A stretch of 64,000 bases of DNA from an uncultured Victivallales bacterium (lineage in GTDB: Bacteria; Verrucomicrobiota; Kiritimatiellia; UBA8416; CAYOBW01), in NCBI GenBank assembly GCA_964555035.1, contig CAZKRK010000002.1:1968-65967 (forward strand), read 5' to 3'. Each line of letters begins with the position of its first letter. Position 1 is the first letter of the stretch. Of the stretch, positions 27,451-36,993 are shown in pieces. Under the pieces are notes generated by a model. The model did not search any database. It saw only the letters and a list, made by a program, of their open reading frames with translations, and was not told the DNA's origin. The translations under genes were made by a program, and so were the position numbers.

Positions 27451-30400
27451 GCTTACCTCCGCCATCACCCGTACTCGCCACACCAAAGTAGGCGGAGGCG
27501 TCTTTGCGTGTTGGGCGACATTCAGTCTTCGTAGTGGCGGCTTCGATCCATACCTCAAAGCTCAAGGTATCGGTATCGTTCCCGTCATCATCGAGATTGG
27601 CGTCAGTCACCGTGAACGTCCACTTGTATGGATTGGGAGTGCCGCCGATCGCCATGCTCAGCCACTCACCCGTGGGCGTGTTGGTGATCGCCAGCGATCC
27701 ATTCGTGCATGTAGCCGAAGCGGCGAAGCTGCCTCCGTCGGCAGCGCCAAAGTCCGTAATCAGAACCTGCATGCCGCCTCCCGACGGTGCCGTGACCGTG
27801 CCGGTCAGCGAAACGTCCAGTGGGTCGGTGTCAGGATCGTTGGATCCGATCTGCAGTGTGGCGGTGTGCGTCCCGGTATCTGTGCCCGGCGCATACTCCA
27901 CCGTCAGGTTGGTCTCCCCTCCGGCAGCTACCGTACCGGTGCCACCGGCAACGACCGAGAATTTGCCCGTATCCGTTCCACTGAAGCTAAGATTCGTGAT
28001 GGACAAAGGTAGTGTACCCACATTGCTCACCGTTACGACCAGGTTGCTGATTGTGTTTGTCGGCATCGTGCCGAAATCCAACGACGACGGAGACACCCGG
28101 ATATCGGGCTCGGATAGGGCCGTCGTATCGACCTGGAACGCGATGTTGCCGATACGCCACTGCCCAGATGCCACCTCAGCGGTCAATGTGCCCACGGGCG
28201 AAGCAAAAGTCAGATCGACATTATCGCCGCTCATCGTTTCGCCGCCTATGTTGATCGTCCCTCCGGAGAATCGGTCTATGAACACATAGGTAAACCCGAG
28301 GAACGAACCCATGTTGGCGCCCACAGGTTCCCCGTCCAACCCATAGGTCACGCTGCTGACAGAGAAGGTCAGTATTTCACCGGTATCCAGCCGATCATTG
28401 GCGCCTCCTGAATGGGTAAAGTAGTCGAATCCACTCCGCGTGGGCTTGAAGCCGCTGTTCGCCTCGATCGACACAAGCCACTGCATGGTGTCGTTCGCGC
28501 CGCCGACCCCGTTAAGGTCGGCACCGGTAATGGTGAAGGTCCAGATAAAGGGATTCGGACTGCTTCCGCCAGCCGTCGAAAGCCACTCGCCCGTCGGTGT
28601 ATTGGCAACCGTCACCGTTCCGTTGTCGGAATCCGCGTTAGCCCCTGGATTGAATTCATTCGCTTGGAAATCACTGATCGTGACCGTCGTATCCGGGAGG
28701 GACTTCGTGGCCGCGATCAGGGCAAGGTTCGTCGGGTTAGTATCCGGGTCATTGGACCAGATATGCAGCACGGCACTGTGCGTTCCCGGACTCGCTGCGG
28801 CCGAATATCGCACGGTGATGTTGGTCGAGCCCCCCGCCCCGACCACACCCACGCCACCCATGACGGAAAACCTACCCGCATCCGTTCCGGTGAAGGTGCA
28901 GTTGGTCACATTCAACACGGCCAGTCCCATATTGGATATCTCTGCCGCCAAGTCCCTGGTCCTGTTGACCGTGTTGCTGCCGAAATCCAGCGGCGAGGCC
29001 GTAATGATGGCGATGTCCGGCTCGACGGTATCCAGCGCCCGGCCTTGGAGTGAGACCTCCGCAGGGTTAGTGTCCGGATCCGGGGACCAGATCCGCAGTG
29101 TGGCAGTGTGCGTGCCCACCGCCGCGCCCGGCGCATATTGCACCGTCAGGTTGGTCTCCCCTCCGACGGCGACCGTACCGGTGCCGCTATCGACAATGGA
29201 GAACTTGCCGAAATCCGCTCCGGCGAAGGTCAGATTGGTGATGGGTAGCGGCTGGCCGCCCATATTGAGCACGTCTACGCTCAGATTGCTGGTCGTTCCG
29301 GTCAGGAGCGTTTTGTAGTCAAGCGCGGAGGGTGTCACATCGATGTCGAACGGAGGCAGGCTCGCCATGTCCACTCTAAACCCGAAGTTCAGGTTGCCAA
29401 CCCAGCAGACACCGCCGGCGGTGTTGGTCACGAGCAATTCGCTCTGATCCTCGCTCAGGACAAGATCGGCAACATCCTCGACGACACTGTCCCCACCGAC
29501 ACTCCAGACACCAGAGGCCCAATCGACGTCTCCGCCGCTGAAACCGTCGAAGATCAGACCGCCGGTCCGATTGGTGGGCCCGCCGTTCAGGCTGTAGGCC
29601 GCGTTGGTCACCGAGAATAGCAGGGTCTCGGTCTCGGCGAGCCGCGTCGGGTTTCCCCCGCCTTCGCCTTCGCTCCCCACCCCGAATCTCCAGGTCGAAC
29701 CATCACGGGTTGGTCGGCAATCCGCTCCCGAAGCCGTCGCCGTGACCCAGACTTCCCAGGTCAGCGTGTCGTCGTTATCGCCATCGAGGTCGGCTCCGGT
29801 AACCGTGAAGGTCCACCTATACGGGTTGGGTGATGATCCGGCTGTCTGCTCCAGCCAACTGCCGGTGGGCATGCTGCTGATGGTCAACGTCCCATTCGCA
29901 CAGGTCGCCGAAGGCGCATTGCCACCGCCATCGCCCGCGCCAAAATCGGTGACAAGGACCTTAGCACCGGGCGGTTCCGTGCCCGTCACAATGTTGGTCC
30001 AGTCAGAATAGCCCGAAAAACTCCCACCCAGGTTGGCGTTCGTCGCACCAACACGATAGAAGAATCGCGTGGACTCCATGCCCGTTTGGTGCACCCATTG
30101 CGTCGCCACAAGCTCGTGATGACCGGTCACCGCCGATCCCTCCTGATAGTACTCCACCACGAATCCCGTGCCGTGGTCGTCTTGGTCACTCCATCCGAGA
30201 ATGACTCTCGAGTCGTTTGTCGAGATGCCGGTGATCGTCGGGGTCTGGGCCGCCGATAGATCCGTTACCAAGCTCATCTTCGCTGATGGCATCGGATTCC
30301 ATACCTCATTACTGGCCATGAATCGCAGCCAATACTCGGTGTCCGCATCAAGCCCCGTAAGCCAGGCCGTAACCACACCGCCCGTGGTCACCGGAAGCGT

Positions 30401-31408
30401 CGCGTTGGTGTAGGCCCATCCGCCAACCGGTTTCTCTATGACATCCCACTCCAGCGTCACGGTGGTATTCGTCGGAGGATCCACGTACAGAGATCCCACA
30501 GCCAACGCATTGGACGTGGTGATCGTCTCGTTGGATACCGCCGCGCTATCCCAGCGCAAGTAGAGATCGTCCACCCCCATGTCTTTTGTATCGGCAATCC
30601 ACGCGTCCATCAGTGCCCGCATCTCATCGACCCTGGTCTGGTGTTCCACCGCATCGATGAGGTTGGTGACCTCATGCGGGTCAGTCAACGTGTCGTAGAA
30701 CTCCTCGTCCGGCTTGGGACTCGTGAAGAAAAGAGCTTGGTCCGCATTGAGTTGCCCAAGGTCGAACATCTCCAGCATAGTCGGCCGCATCGGTCGGTGC
30801 GACCTGATGTAGCCGCAGTCCCAGTACCCCAGCTCCGGCTTGTAGTTACGGATGTATTTGTAGCGGGTATCTCTAACGCTCCTGATTATGTCAGTGACTG
30901 AGTCGACCCTATCGCGTGCACCGTAGATATGGGTGCGTGGAACCGCATTGGAACCAATGAATGGGTGCCCGTCGTACCAATCCGGCACCTCCACCCCCGC
31001 GATATCCAGAATGGTCGCCGTCACATCAATCTGACTGAGCAGGTTCGTGTCGGTCGTGCCGGGTGCCAAATGCCCCGGCCAGCGGATGACAAGCGGCACG
31101 CGCATTCCATAATCGTAGAGCCAGGTTTTGCCACGCAGGTGACAGATCCCATTGTCACCCATGAAGATCACGACCGTGTTGCTGGCGATACCCTCGCTCT
31201 CGAGACGATCAAGGATCTCGCCAACCTGGGCATCCATGTACTCCATGGCATCCAGGTAAAGCGCCCAGTCGTCGCGGACGACCGGATGGTCTGGATAAAT
31301 AGGCGGGAACACGACCTCATTAGTGCTGACAGGGTCCGCCGATGCATCGCGGTACGGCTGCCAGCCGGCACCGTCATGCCGGTGCGTGGCAGTCAGCGTG
31401 ATCTGGGC

Positions 31409-31413
31409 AAAAA
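31409..31413 (-). other. Frameshift site: T5 homopolymer on the coding strand (AAAAA on the plus strand). The paralog implies T6.
   Basis: Frame N reads cag ccg ttt ttg ccc aga tca cgc tga. Frame C reads cca gcc gtt ttt gcc cag atc acg. Only about 10 codons are open in both frames, and they bracket the run. Confidence 0.6.
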
Positions 31414-32137
31414 CGGCTGGCTATTAGCGGCGGACCAATTGCCCCCGTCAAAGAGAGGGCTCGTCGTAACGAAATTATGGTCTGTTTTGTCGCTGTAGTC
31501 GACACCGCAGCCGTTGGCCGTGTGGTAGCCATTCTCCTGAAGCAGATGCGTGAAAGGCTTCATGCCTTCCGGAAGAACGATGTTCCTGCGCCGCTGGTCC
31601 TGCGTGTCCGTCCTCGTCTGGTAGACGCCAACTAACATCGCGTTGCGGCAAGGCGTGCAGGTCGATGAAGTCCCAAAGACTTCCGTGTACTTGACGCCCG
31701 CGGCAGCCAACCCGTCTATGTTGGGCGTCTGAACAGCCGGATGACCATAGCACGATTGCTGTTTGCCGATGTCCTCGGCCATGATCCATACGATATTGGG
31801 CACATCTCCCGCAGCTTTCGCGCCGCCGAACACGCACGTGGCCAGCGTTATGCCGAATGCGGCGGCATAGAGACAGCACCGCACGGCCTTGCCAAAGAAT
31901 CCAAATCTGTTTCCCATTCCTGTGCCAATCACCCTTCCTGCTTTCTCTCGTCACCCGCCGCTTCTTCGTCTTCGCCAACAGTCATGCCCATGCTTCACAT
32001 ACACCCGCTCTCCCTTATGCATACCTCAAAAGGACCACGTGCACAACCGTGCCGGTGGCAACGTATCGGCCAGAAACATGCACGTCGCGCAACTTCCCGC
32101 TTGCGTTGCAAATGGTGAGCGGCCACAGGACTCAATG

Positions 32138-32830
32138 TTACGGAAGCGGCGGCAATGAGACCTCAATCCGATAGTGTCGCTGAAGCGGGTCATTGGTATC
32201 AATCATCACATCATTCGCACCAGATCCCGATCTCGGCCCCTGCCCGGGCACATTGCTCCAGGTCGTCTGCATCAGGTCATCGATGAACTGCATCACGTAA
32301 ACGCGCCCCGTGCTGGAGTCGAAGTAGACCGCCACGGAGTTGGTCGCGAGTAGACCCGTCAGACGGAAGTAGGAATTGGAGTCGGTCGGGTCCGTATCGG
32401 TGATGTACTCCTGCAGATCGGTGTGCGGATCCGTGTCGGACTTAGAGGTGTCGGTGGCGGTGCTGGTATCGCTGAAGTACTTCAGCTCCCAGGCATCGTC
32501 TATGCCGTCCCCGTCGCCGGGCGGAGAGCCACCCGCATTCACCGTGAACTCGAAGTTGAGGTTGCCAATCCAGCAGCAGTTGGCGCCGGATTCCTCGGTG
32601 ATGGTGCAGACGGTCTGCGGCGCAGTGAACACGTAATTATCGACATCGGCGCCCAGGCTATCACCGCCCACGCTCCAGGTGCCTGCGTCGAACTGGTCGA
32701 AATCAAGACCCGTAAACCCGGCAAACGTTAGCCCGAGGGTCTCCGTTGCGGCGGCTCCATTCAGGCCGTAGGCCGCGTTTGTCACAGAGAACGTCAGCGA
32801 CTCGCCATTATCATCAATCCGCCCTCGGGT
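32138..32830 (-). repeat. Second copy of the direct repeat described at 26774-27450
   Basis: Same evidence as for 26774-27450; these are the 3' ends of adjacent giant genes. Confidence 0.7.
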
Positions 32831-35800
32831 GGAGTAGTTGTTGTCGCCGGAGCTGGCCACACCAAACCACATACTGTCGTCCTCATGCTTGTGAGAAGGC
32901 TTCAATACAGTCCCGTTACCCCCCGCCGCCGTAATCCAGACTTCCCATGACAGGGTGTCCGTATCGTTCCCATCGCCATCCAGATCGGCATTGGAGATGG
33001 TGAACGTCCACTTGTAGGTATCGTCCTTGTCCGTGGCATCGTTGGGTCCAAACCACTCCCCGGTGGGGGTATTGGCAATGCTTAGGCTCCCGCTATCACT
33101 CGTGGCCGAAGGCGCGCCCGACCCACCGTTGGCCGCACCGAAATCGGTGATATGCACCGTAACGATAGAGGAGGACAGGGAGGTTCCCGTCAGCACCACA
33201 TTGGTCGGGTTGCTGTCCGGATCATCCGACCAGATATGCAGTGTGGCGCTATGTATTCCCACATCCGGCCCGGGCGTGTAGCGCACGGTGAGATTGGTCG
33301 ATGCCCCGACGGCTACCGTCCCCGGACCGCTCACAACGGAGAACCTGTCCGCGTTCGTTCCGCTGAAGGTGAAATTCGTAGTAGACAAGGGTTGTGACCC
33401 CACATTGTCCGCCGTCACGACCAGGTTGCTGGTTGTGTTCGTCAGTATCGTCCCGAAGTCAAGCGCCGTGGGAGCGGCGATAATATCGGGTTCATTGGAG
33501 TATATGACCTCGACGGTTACCTCCTCCGAGGCATCTGAGGCATCATTACACCCGATGGTCAGATCGACCGCATAGCCGCGGTTTCCACCACCGGGCAGCG
33601 TCGTGTCGAGTTGCAGATTGATGTGGCCGTTAGCGGCCGATTCCAGGTTGTTCGAGTAGCTCGCAACGCTGAAGTAGTTGCTGTCCGCACCACCTATCTC
33701 GATGGGCGGCGCCCAGAACAGCCGCAGTGTGCCCGCGCCGTTGTTGGCGAAAGCTACCGGCAAAGCCTTGGGAGAGCCGGCGTGCACAAATTGCTGCGTG
33801 CGCGCCGCCGCGAAATCGGGTCCCGGAGCCGTTGGCCACCAGCCAGGCACCCCGCCTTTCACCGATCGGTAAGTGGAGTCAGTTGGATCCGGCACACTAT
33901 ACACATGCCCTGCCGGCAGGTGCTCGGTTGTCGGGTCCCAGAACGGATTCAGTTCGGTCGGCACAGGGGCTTCGGTTGCCGTGCGCCATGCCTGCATCTT
34001 CGCGACAAGTTCCTCAAGCACAACGGGATGGGTTGAAGCAAGGTTGTTCGTCTCGCCAATGTCGCTGCTCAGGTCATACAGCTCGAAATGCTCCGTGTCG
34101 AAAAACTCGAGCAGTTTCAAGTTGCCCTCACGCATCACCGTACAAGGCATGCCCTTGAAAAAGATTGAAATGGAGTCCGGATCATCCTTCCCCGGAGAAT
34201 TCTCAATGTAGGTCGGGAAATGCCAGAATATCGGACGCGTCGGCGCGGCCTGAGCGCGCAGCAACGGCATCAGGCTGATGCCATCCAGAGGCTGCACGCC
34301 GGCGCCGGTCGGCGGTTCCGTTGACGTATAGTCAAGGAAGGTCGGATAGAGGTCGATCTGGCTCACCGGCGTACTGTTCGTCGTGCCGCCCGTTGTTACA
34401 CCGGGACAGCGTACCATGAAGGGCTCACGAATCCCTCCCTCGTAGAGCATGCTCTTCCCGCCGCGCAAGGGATCTGCGTTGGAGTGCAACTTATGTGTGC
34501 CGTTGTCGGATGTGAACACCACCATGGTGTTCGATGACAGACCGGCGGCATCCAGGTAGCCAAGGATGTCACCGACCGCGATATCCATCGCTTCGACCAT
34601 GCCGGCGTAGTTAACATCGAAATGCTCGGCATTATAGGGCTTGGCCTCGTACTTCTGACCGATGTCGTAGCGGCTTTTCCACGGACCATGAGGCGAGTAG
34701 AAACAGAAATTGAGGAAGAACGGACCCGTATCCTTGTGCGTCTCCATCCAATCGCATGCCTCTTCCGCCAGGCGCGCGGGAAGATGCTCGCCGGTGAGTC
34801 CGTCGGGAAGATTCACGTTCTGATACGGGGAGAAATAGGAATTCGGGAATCCCTTTGAGTGCCCACCGATATTGATGTCGAATCCATGCGGAGTGGGATC
34901 GCCACCCAGATGCCACTTCCCGAGATGACAAGTCTGATACCCGTTCGCTTGCAAGGCTTCCGCAAGCGTAACGTGACTGGCTGTCAACTTAGAACCGCTG
35001 CCAATGGGCTTGAGTCTGCGACGGGCCAGGGGGCCCAGATCGGCCGAGTTCACCGTGTATATCCCTGTGCGAGGCGGATAGGCTCCGGTCAACAGTGCCG
35101 CACGTGAAGGCGCGCAGTTACCGGCGGGCGCATACGCATCCGTGAATACCATGGCATCTGTCGCAAAGTGGTCGATGTTCGGTGTCTCGTAATACTCGGA
35201 CCCCGCGCAGGACAGGTCCGTGTAGCCCAGATCATCAGCATAGATCAGCACAATGTTCGGGCGCGGCGTAGACGCGACACCCGTACCGCGAAGCAGGATA
35301 TTCGTCGAAGGCGTGTCCGGATCATTGGACAAAACATGCAGCGTAGCATTGCTGAATGTGCCCAGTCCCGTTCCCGGCGAGAACCGTATCAGCAGGTTGC
35401 TCATGCCTCCGACCGGAATCGTGCCGGTTCCGCTCACGAAGGAGAACTTGCCCGTATCCGTACCGCTGAACGTCACATTGGTGATGTCCAAATCGATCAC
35501 GCCCGTATTGTCGACCTTCACCGCCAGCGTCTTGGTCGTGCTGGTTCCGACCTGTCCGAAGTCCAGCGGCGAAGGGGTCCGGATGTTGATATCGGGAGCA
35601 GGAACAAACGCTTCGCCCTGAAGCACGATGTTGGTCGGGTTCGAGTCCGAATCGTTGGACCAGATATGCAGCGTGGCCGAATGGTTCCCCGCGCTACTGC
35701 CTGGCGAGTAACGCACGGTGATGCTGGTCACTCCCTCTGCGCCAACGGCGCCGGTCCCACTGACCACGGAGAACTTGCCCGTATCCGCACCGCTGAACGT

Positions 35801-36979
35801 GAAGTTAGTGACGTTCAGAACACCCGCACCGCTATTGATCACCGTCACGGCGCGATCGTCGGTCGTAGTGACCGCAATCACGCCAAAATCCAGTGGCGAG
35901 GTCGTAGAAATCGCAATATCGGGCTCAATGTCCGTAACCGTCCTCCCCCGCAGGGCCACATCCATCGGACTCGCCTCAACATCATCGGACCAGACATGCA
36001 CGGTTCCCGTGTGGGTCGCGTCGCTACTGCCCGCGCTGTAGCGTACTGTGATACTCGTCGACGACCCGACCGCAACACTGATCGGCATGCTTTCCAGAAC
36101 GCTGAAGGCATTCGATCCGCTGAAGGCGACGTTGGTTACGTTCAATACCCCCAACCCCGAATTGGTGATCGTCAGGATCAGGTCGCTGGTGGTGTTCGTC
36201 AGGATCGGCCCGAAATCCAGATCGTCGGGTGTCACGCCGATGACGGGAGACGCCGCAAGAACCACACTGAAATCGAAATTGATCTCGCCGGGCCGGGCAA
36301 ATCCTTTGGCTCCGGGTACCACGCTCATCGAGTTCACGGGCGTGCCGAAGACGGCCTCGGTGTGTGTGCCAACATCAAAGGTCTCGCCTCCGATGGTCGC
36401 ACTGTCGTTGCCCACTTCGAAGTCGCCACCCGCAAAGCCATCGAAGGTCAAGCCGGAAACACGATTGGTGGCTCCCCCGTCCAGGCTGTAAGCCGCATTG
36501 GCTACCGTGAAGGTCAGGGTCTCGTCGTTATCGATGCGACGCCGTTTGCTCGCATTATCGCCCTGACTTGCGACACCAAACTGCTCGGTATTGTTGTTCT
36601 TGGACGGCATCAGCAGCGGTCCCGGACCGGTCGCCGCCATCCAAACCTCCCAGGTCAAGACATCACCGCCGTCGCCGTTCAGTTGAAGGTCGGTGACACT
36701 GAAAGTCCATTTGAAGACGTCGTCTTTGTCGACGAGATCGTCCATCAGCCAGGAGCCCGTCGGCATATTTGCAATGCTCAGCGTGCCGTTGGCGCAAACG
36801 GCCGTGGGCCTACCGGCACCATCGTCGGCGGCGCCGAAATCAACGACGGAAACCGTTGTCGTAGTGGACTCCGCAAGAGCAACCACTCCGCCAATCCGCA
36901 ATAGGAGCAAACCTGCAAGCAACCCGCCGCGGGAAATGCTTGACCTCAAGAATGCACTATTCACCCTTCCGTCCTCCAC
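32138..36979 (-). CDS. Giant secreted protein (1613 aa) with an S1 sulfatase domain embedded mid-protein (about 33950-35263). Upstream of it: one novel module and five choice-of-anchor-D (ASH) domains. Downstream: a sulfatase-associated beta region, one ASH domain, a second novel module and the conserved C-terminal domain.
   Basis: Signal peptide-like GGLLAGLLLLRIGGVVALA. ASH repeats such as PDIAISTTSPLDFGVIAVTTTDDRAVTVINSGAGVLNVTNFTFSGADTGKFSVVSG...ATLHIWSNDSDSNPTNIVLQG. Sulfatase block: RPNIVLIYADDLGYTDLSCAGSEYY, GNCAPSRAALLTG, GKWHLGGD. C-terminus: DGDGIDDAWELKYFS...DTDPHTDLQEYITDTDPTDSNSYFRLTGL...RHYRIEVSLPPLP. Confidence 0.8.
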   Translation of the reverse strand: MEDGRVNSAFLRSSISRGGLLAGLLLLRIGGVVALAESTTTTVSVVDFGAADDGAGRPTAVCANGTLSIANMPTGSWLMDDLVDKDDVFKWTFSVTDLQLNGDGGDVLTWEVWMAATGPGPLLMPSKNNNTEQFGVASQGDNASKRRRIDNDETLTFTVANAAYSLDGGATNRVSGLTFDGFAGGDFEVGNDSATIGGETFDVGTHTEAVFGTPVNSMSVVPGAKGFARPGEINFDFSVVLAASPVIGVTPDDLDFGPILTNTTSDLILTITNSGLGVLNVTNVAFSGSNAFSVLESMPISVAVGSSTSITVRYSAGSSDATHTGTVHVWSDDVEASPMDVALRGRTVTDIEPDIAISTTSPLDFGVIAVTTTDDRAVTVINSGAGVLNVTNFTFSGADTGKFSVVSGTGAVGAEGVTSITVRYSPGSSAGNHSATLHIWSNDSDSNPTNIVLQGEAFVPAPDINIRTPSPLDFGQVGTSTTKTLAVKVDNTGVIDLDITNVTFSGTDTGKFSFVSGTGTIPVGGMSNLLIRFSPGTGLGTFSNATLHVLSNDPDTPSTNILLRGTGVASTPRPNIVLIYADDLGYTDLSCAGSEYYETPNIDHFATDAMVFTDAYAPAGNCAPSRAALLTGAYPPRTGIYTVNSADLGPLARRRLKPIGSGSKLTASHVTLAEALQANGYQTCHLGKWHLGGDPTPHGFDINIGGHSKGFPNSYFSPYQNVNLPDGLTGEHLPARLAEEACDWMETHKDTGPFFLNFCFYSPHGPWKSRYDIGQKYEAKPYNAEHFDVNYAGMVEAMDIAVGDILGYLDAAGLSSNTMVVFTSDNGTHKLHSNADPLRGGKSMLYEGGIREPFMVRCPGVTTGGTTNSTPVSQIDLYPTFLDYTSTEPPTGAGVQPLDGISLMPLLRAQAAPTRPIFWHFPTYIENSPGKDDPDSISIFFKGMPCTVMREGNLKLLEFFDTEHFELYDLSSDIGETNNLASTHPVVLEELVAKMQAWRTATEAPVPTELNPFWDPTTEHLPAGHVYSVPDPTDSTYRSVKGGVPGWWPTAPGPDFAAARTQQFVHAGSPKALPVAFANNGAGTLRLFWAPPIEIGGADSNYFSVASYSNNLESAANGHINLQLDTTLPGGGNRGYAVDLTIGCNDASDASEEVTVEVIYSNEPDIIAAPTALDFGTILTNTTSNLVVTADNVGSQPLSTTNFTFSGTNADRFSVVSGPGTVAVGASTNLTVRYTPGPDVGIHSATLHIWSDDPDSNPTNVVLTGTSLSSSIVTVHITDFGAANGGSGAPSATSDSGSLSIANTPTGEWFGPNDATDKDDTYKWTFTISNADLDGDGNDTDTLSWEVWITAAGGNGTVLKPSHKHEDDSMWFGVASSGDNNYSTRGRIDDNGESLTFSVTNAAYGLNGAAATETLGLTFAGFTGLDFDQFDAGTWSVGGDSLGADVDNYVFTAPQTVCTITEESGANCCWIGNLNFEFTVNAGGSPPGDGDGIDDAWELKYFSDTSTATDTSKSDTDPHTDLQEYITDTDPTDSNSYFRLTGLLATNSVAVYFDSSTGRVYVMQFIDDLMQTTWSNVPGQGPRSGSGANDVMIDTNDPLQRHYRIEVSLPPLP

Positions 36980-36993
36980 ATCTTCTGATTCTC

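Larger units (their letters stand above)
26774..31932 (-). pseudogene. Giant S1 sulfatase fusion protein (about 1720 aa if intact) interrupted by a -1 frameshift at a T-homopolymer. Layout: sulfatase + fn3-like domains + three copies of the novel ~170-aa module + four choice-of-anchor-D (ASH) domains + conserved C-terminal domain.
   Basis: The N-terminal fragment ORF 31393..31932 (signal peptide, PNIVWIMAEDIG, STCTPCRNAMLVG) stops at ...NSQPFLPRSR. The downstream ORF 26774..31312 continues in the -1 frame with FAQITLTATHRHDGAGWQPYRDASADPVSTNEVVFPPIYPDHPVVRDDW..., collinear with the paralog 20420-21781 (GQPFFAQTTLLITHRKD...ELPPYFPDHPAVRMDW). Restoring one T in the run at 31409-31413 gives QPFFAQIT. 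The frameshift may be a homopolymer sequencing error or a real lesion. Confidence 0.7.

Noticed and set aside
35168-36904. 578-aa plus-strand ORF
   Set aside because: It is antisense to the ASH-domain region of the giant gene 32138-36979 and is R/G-rich with low complexity.
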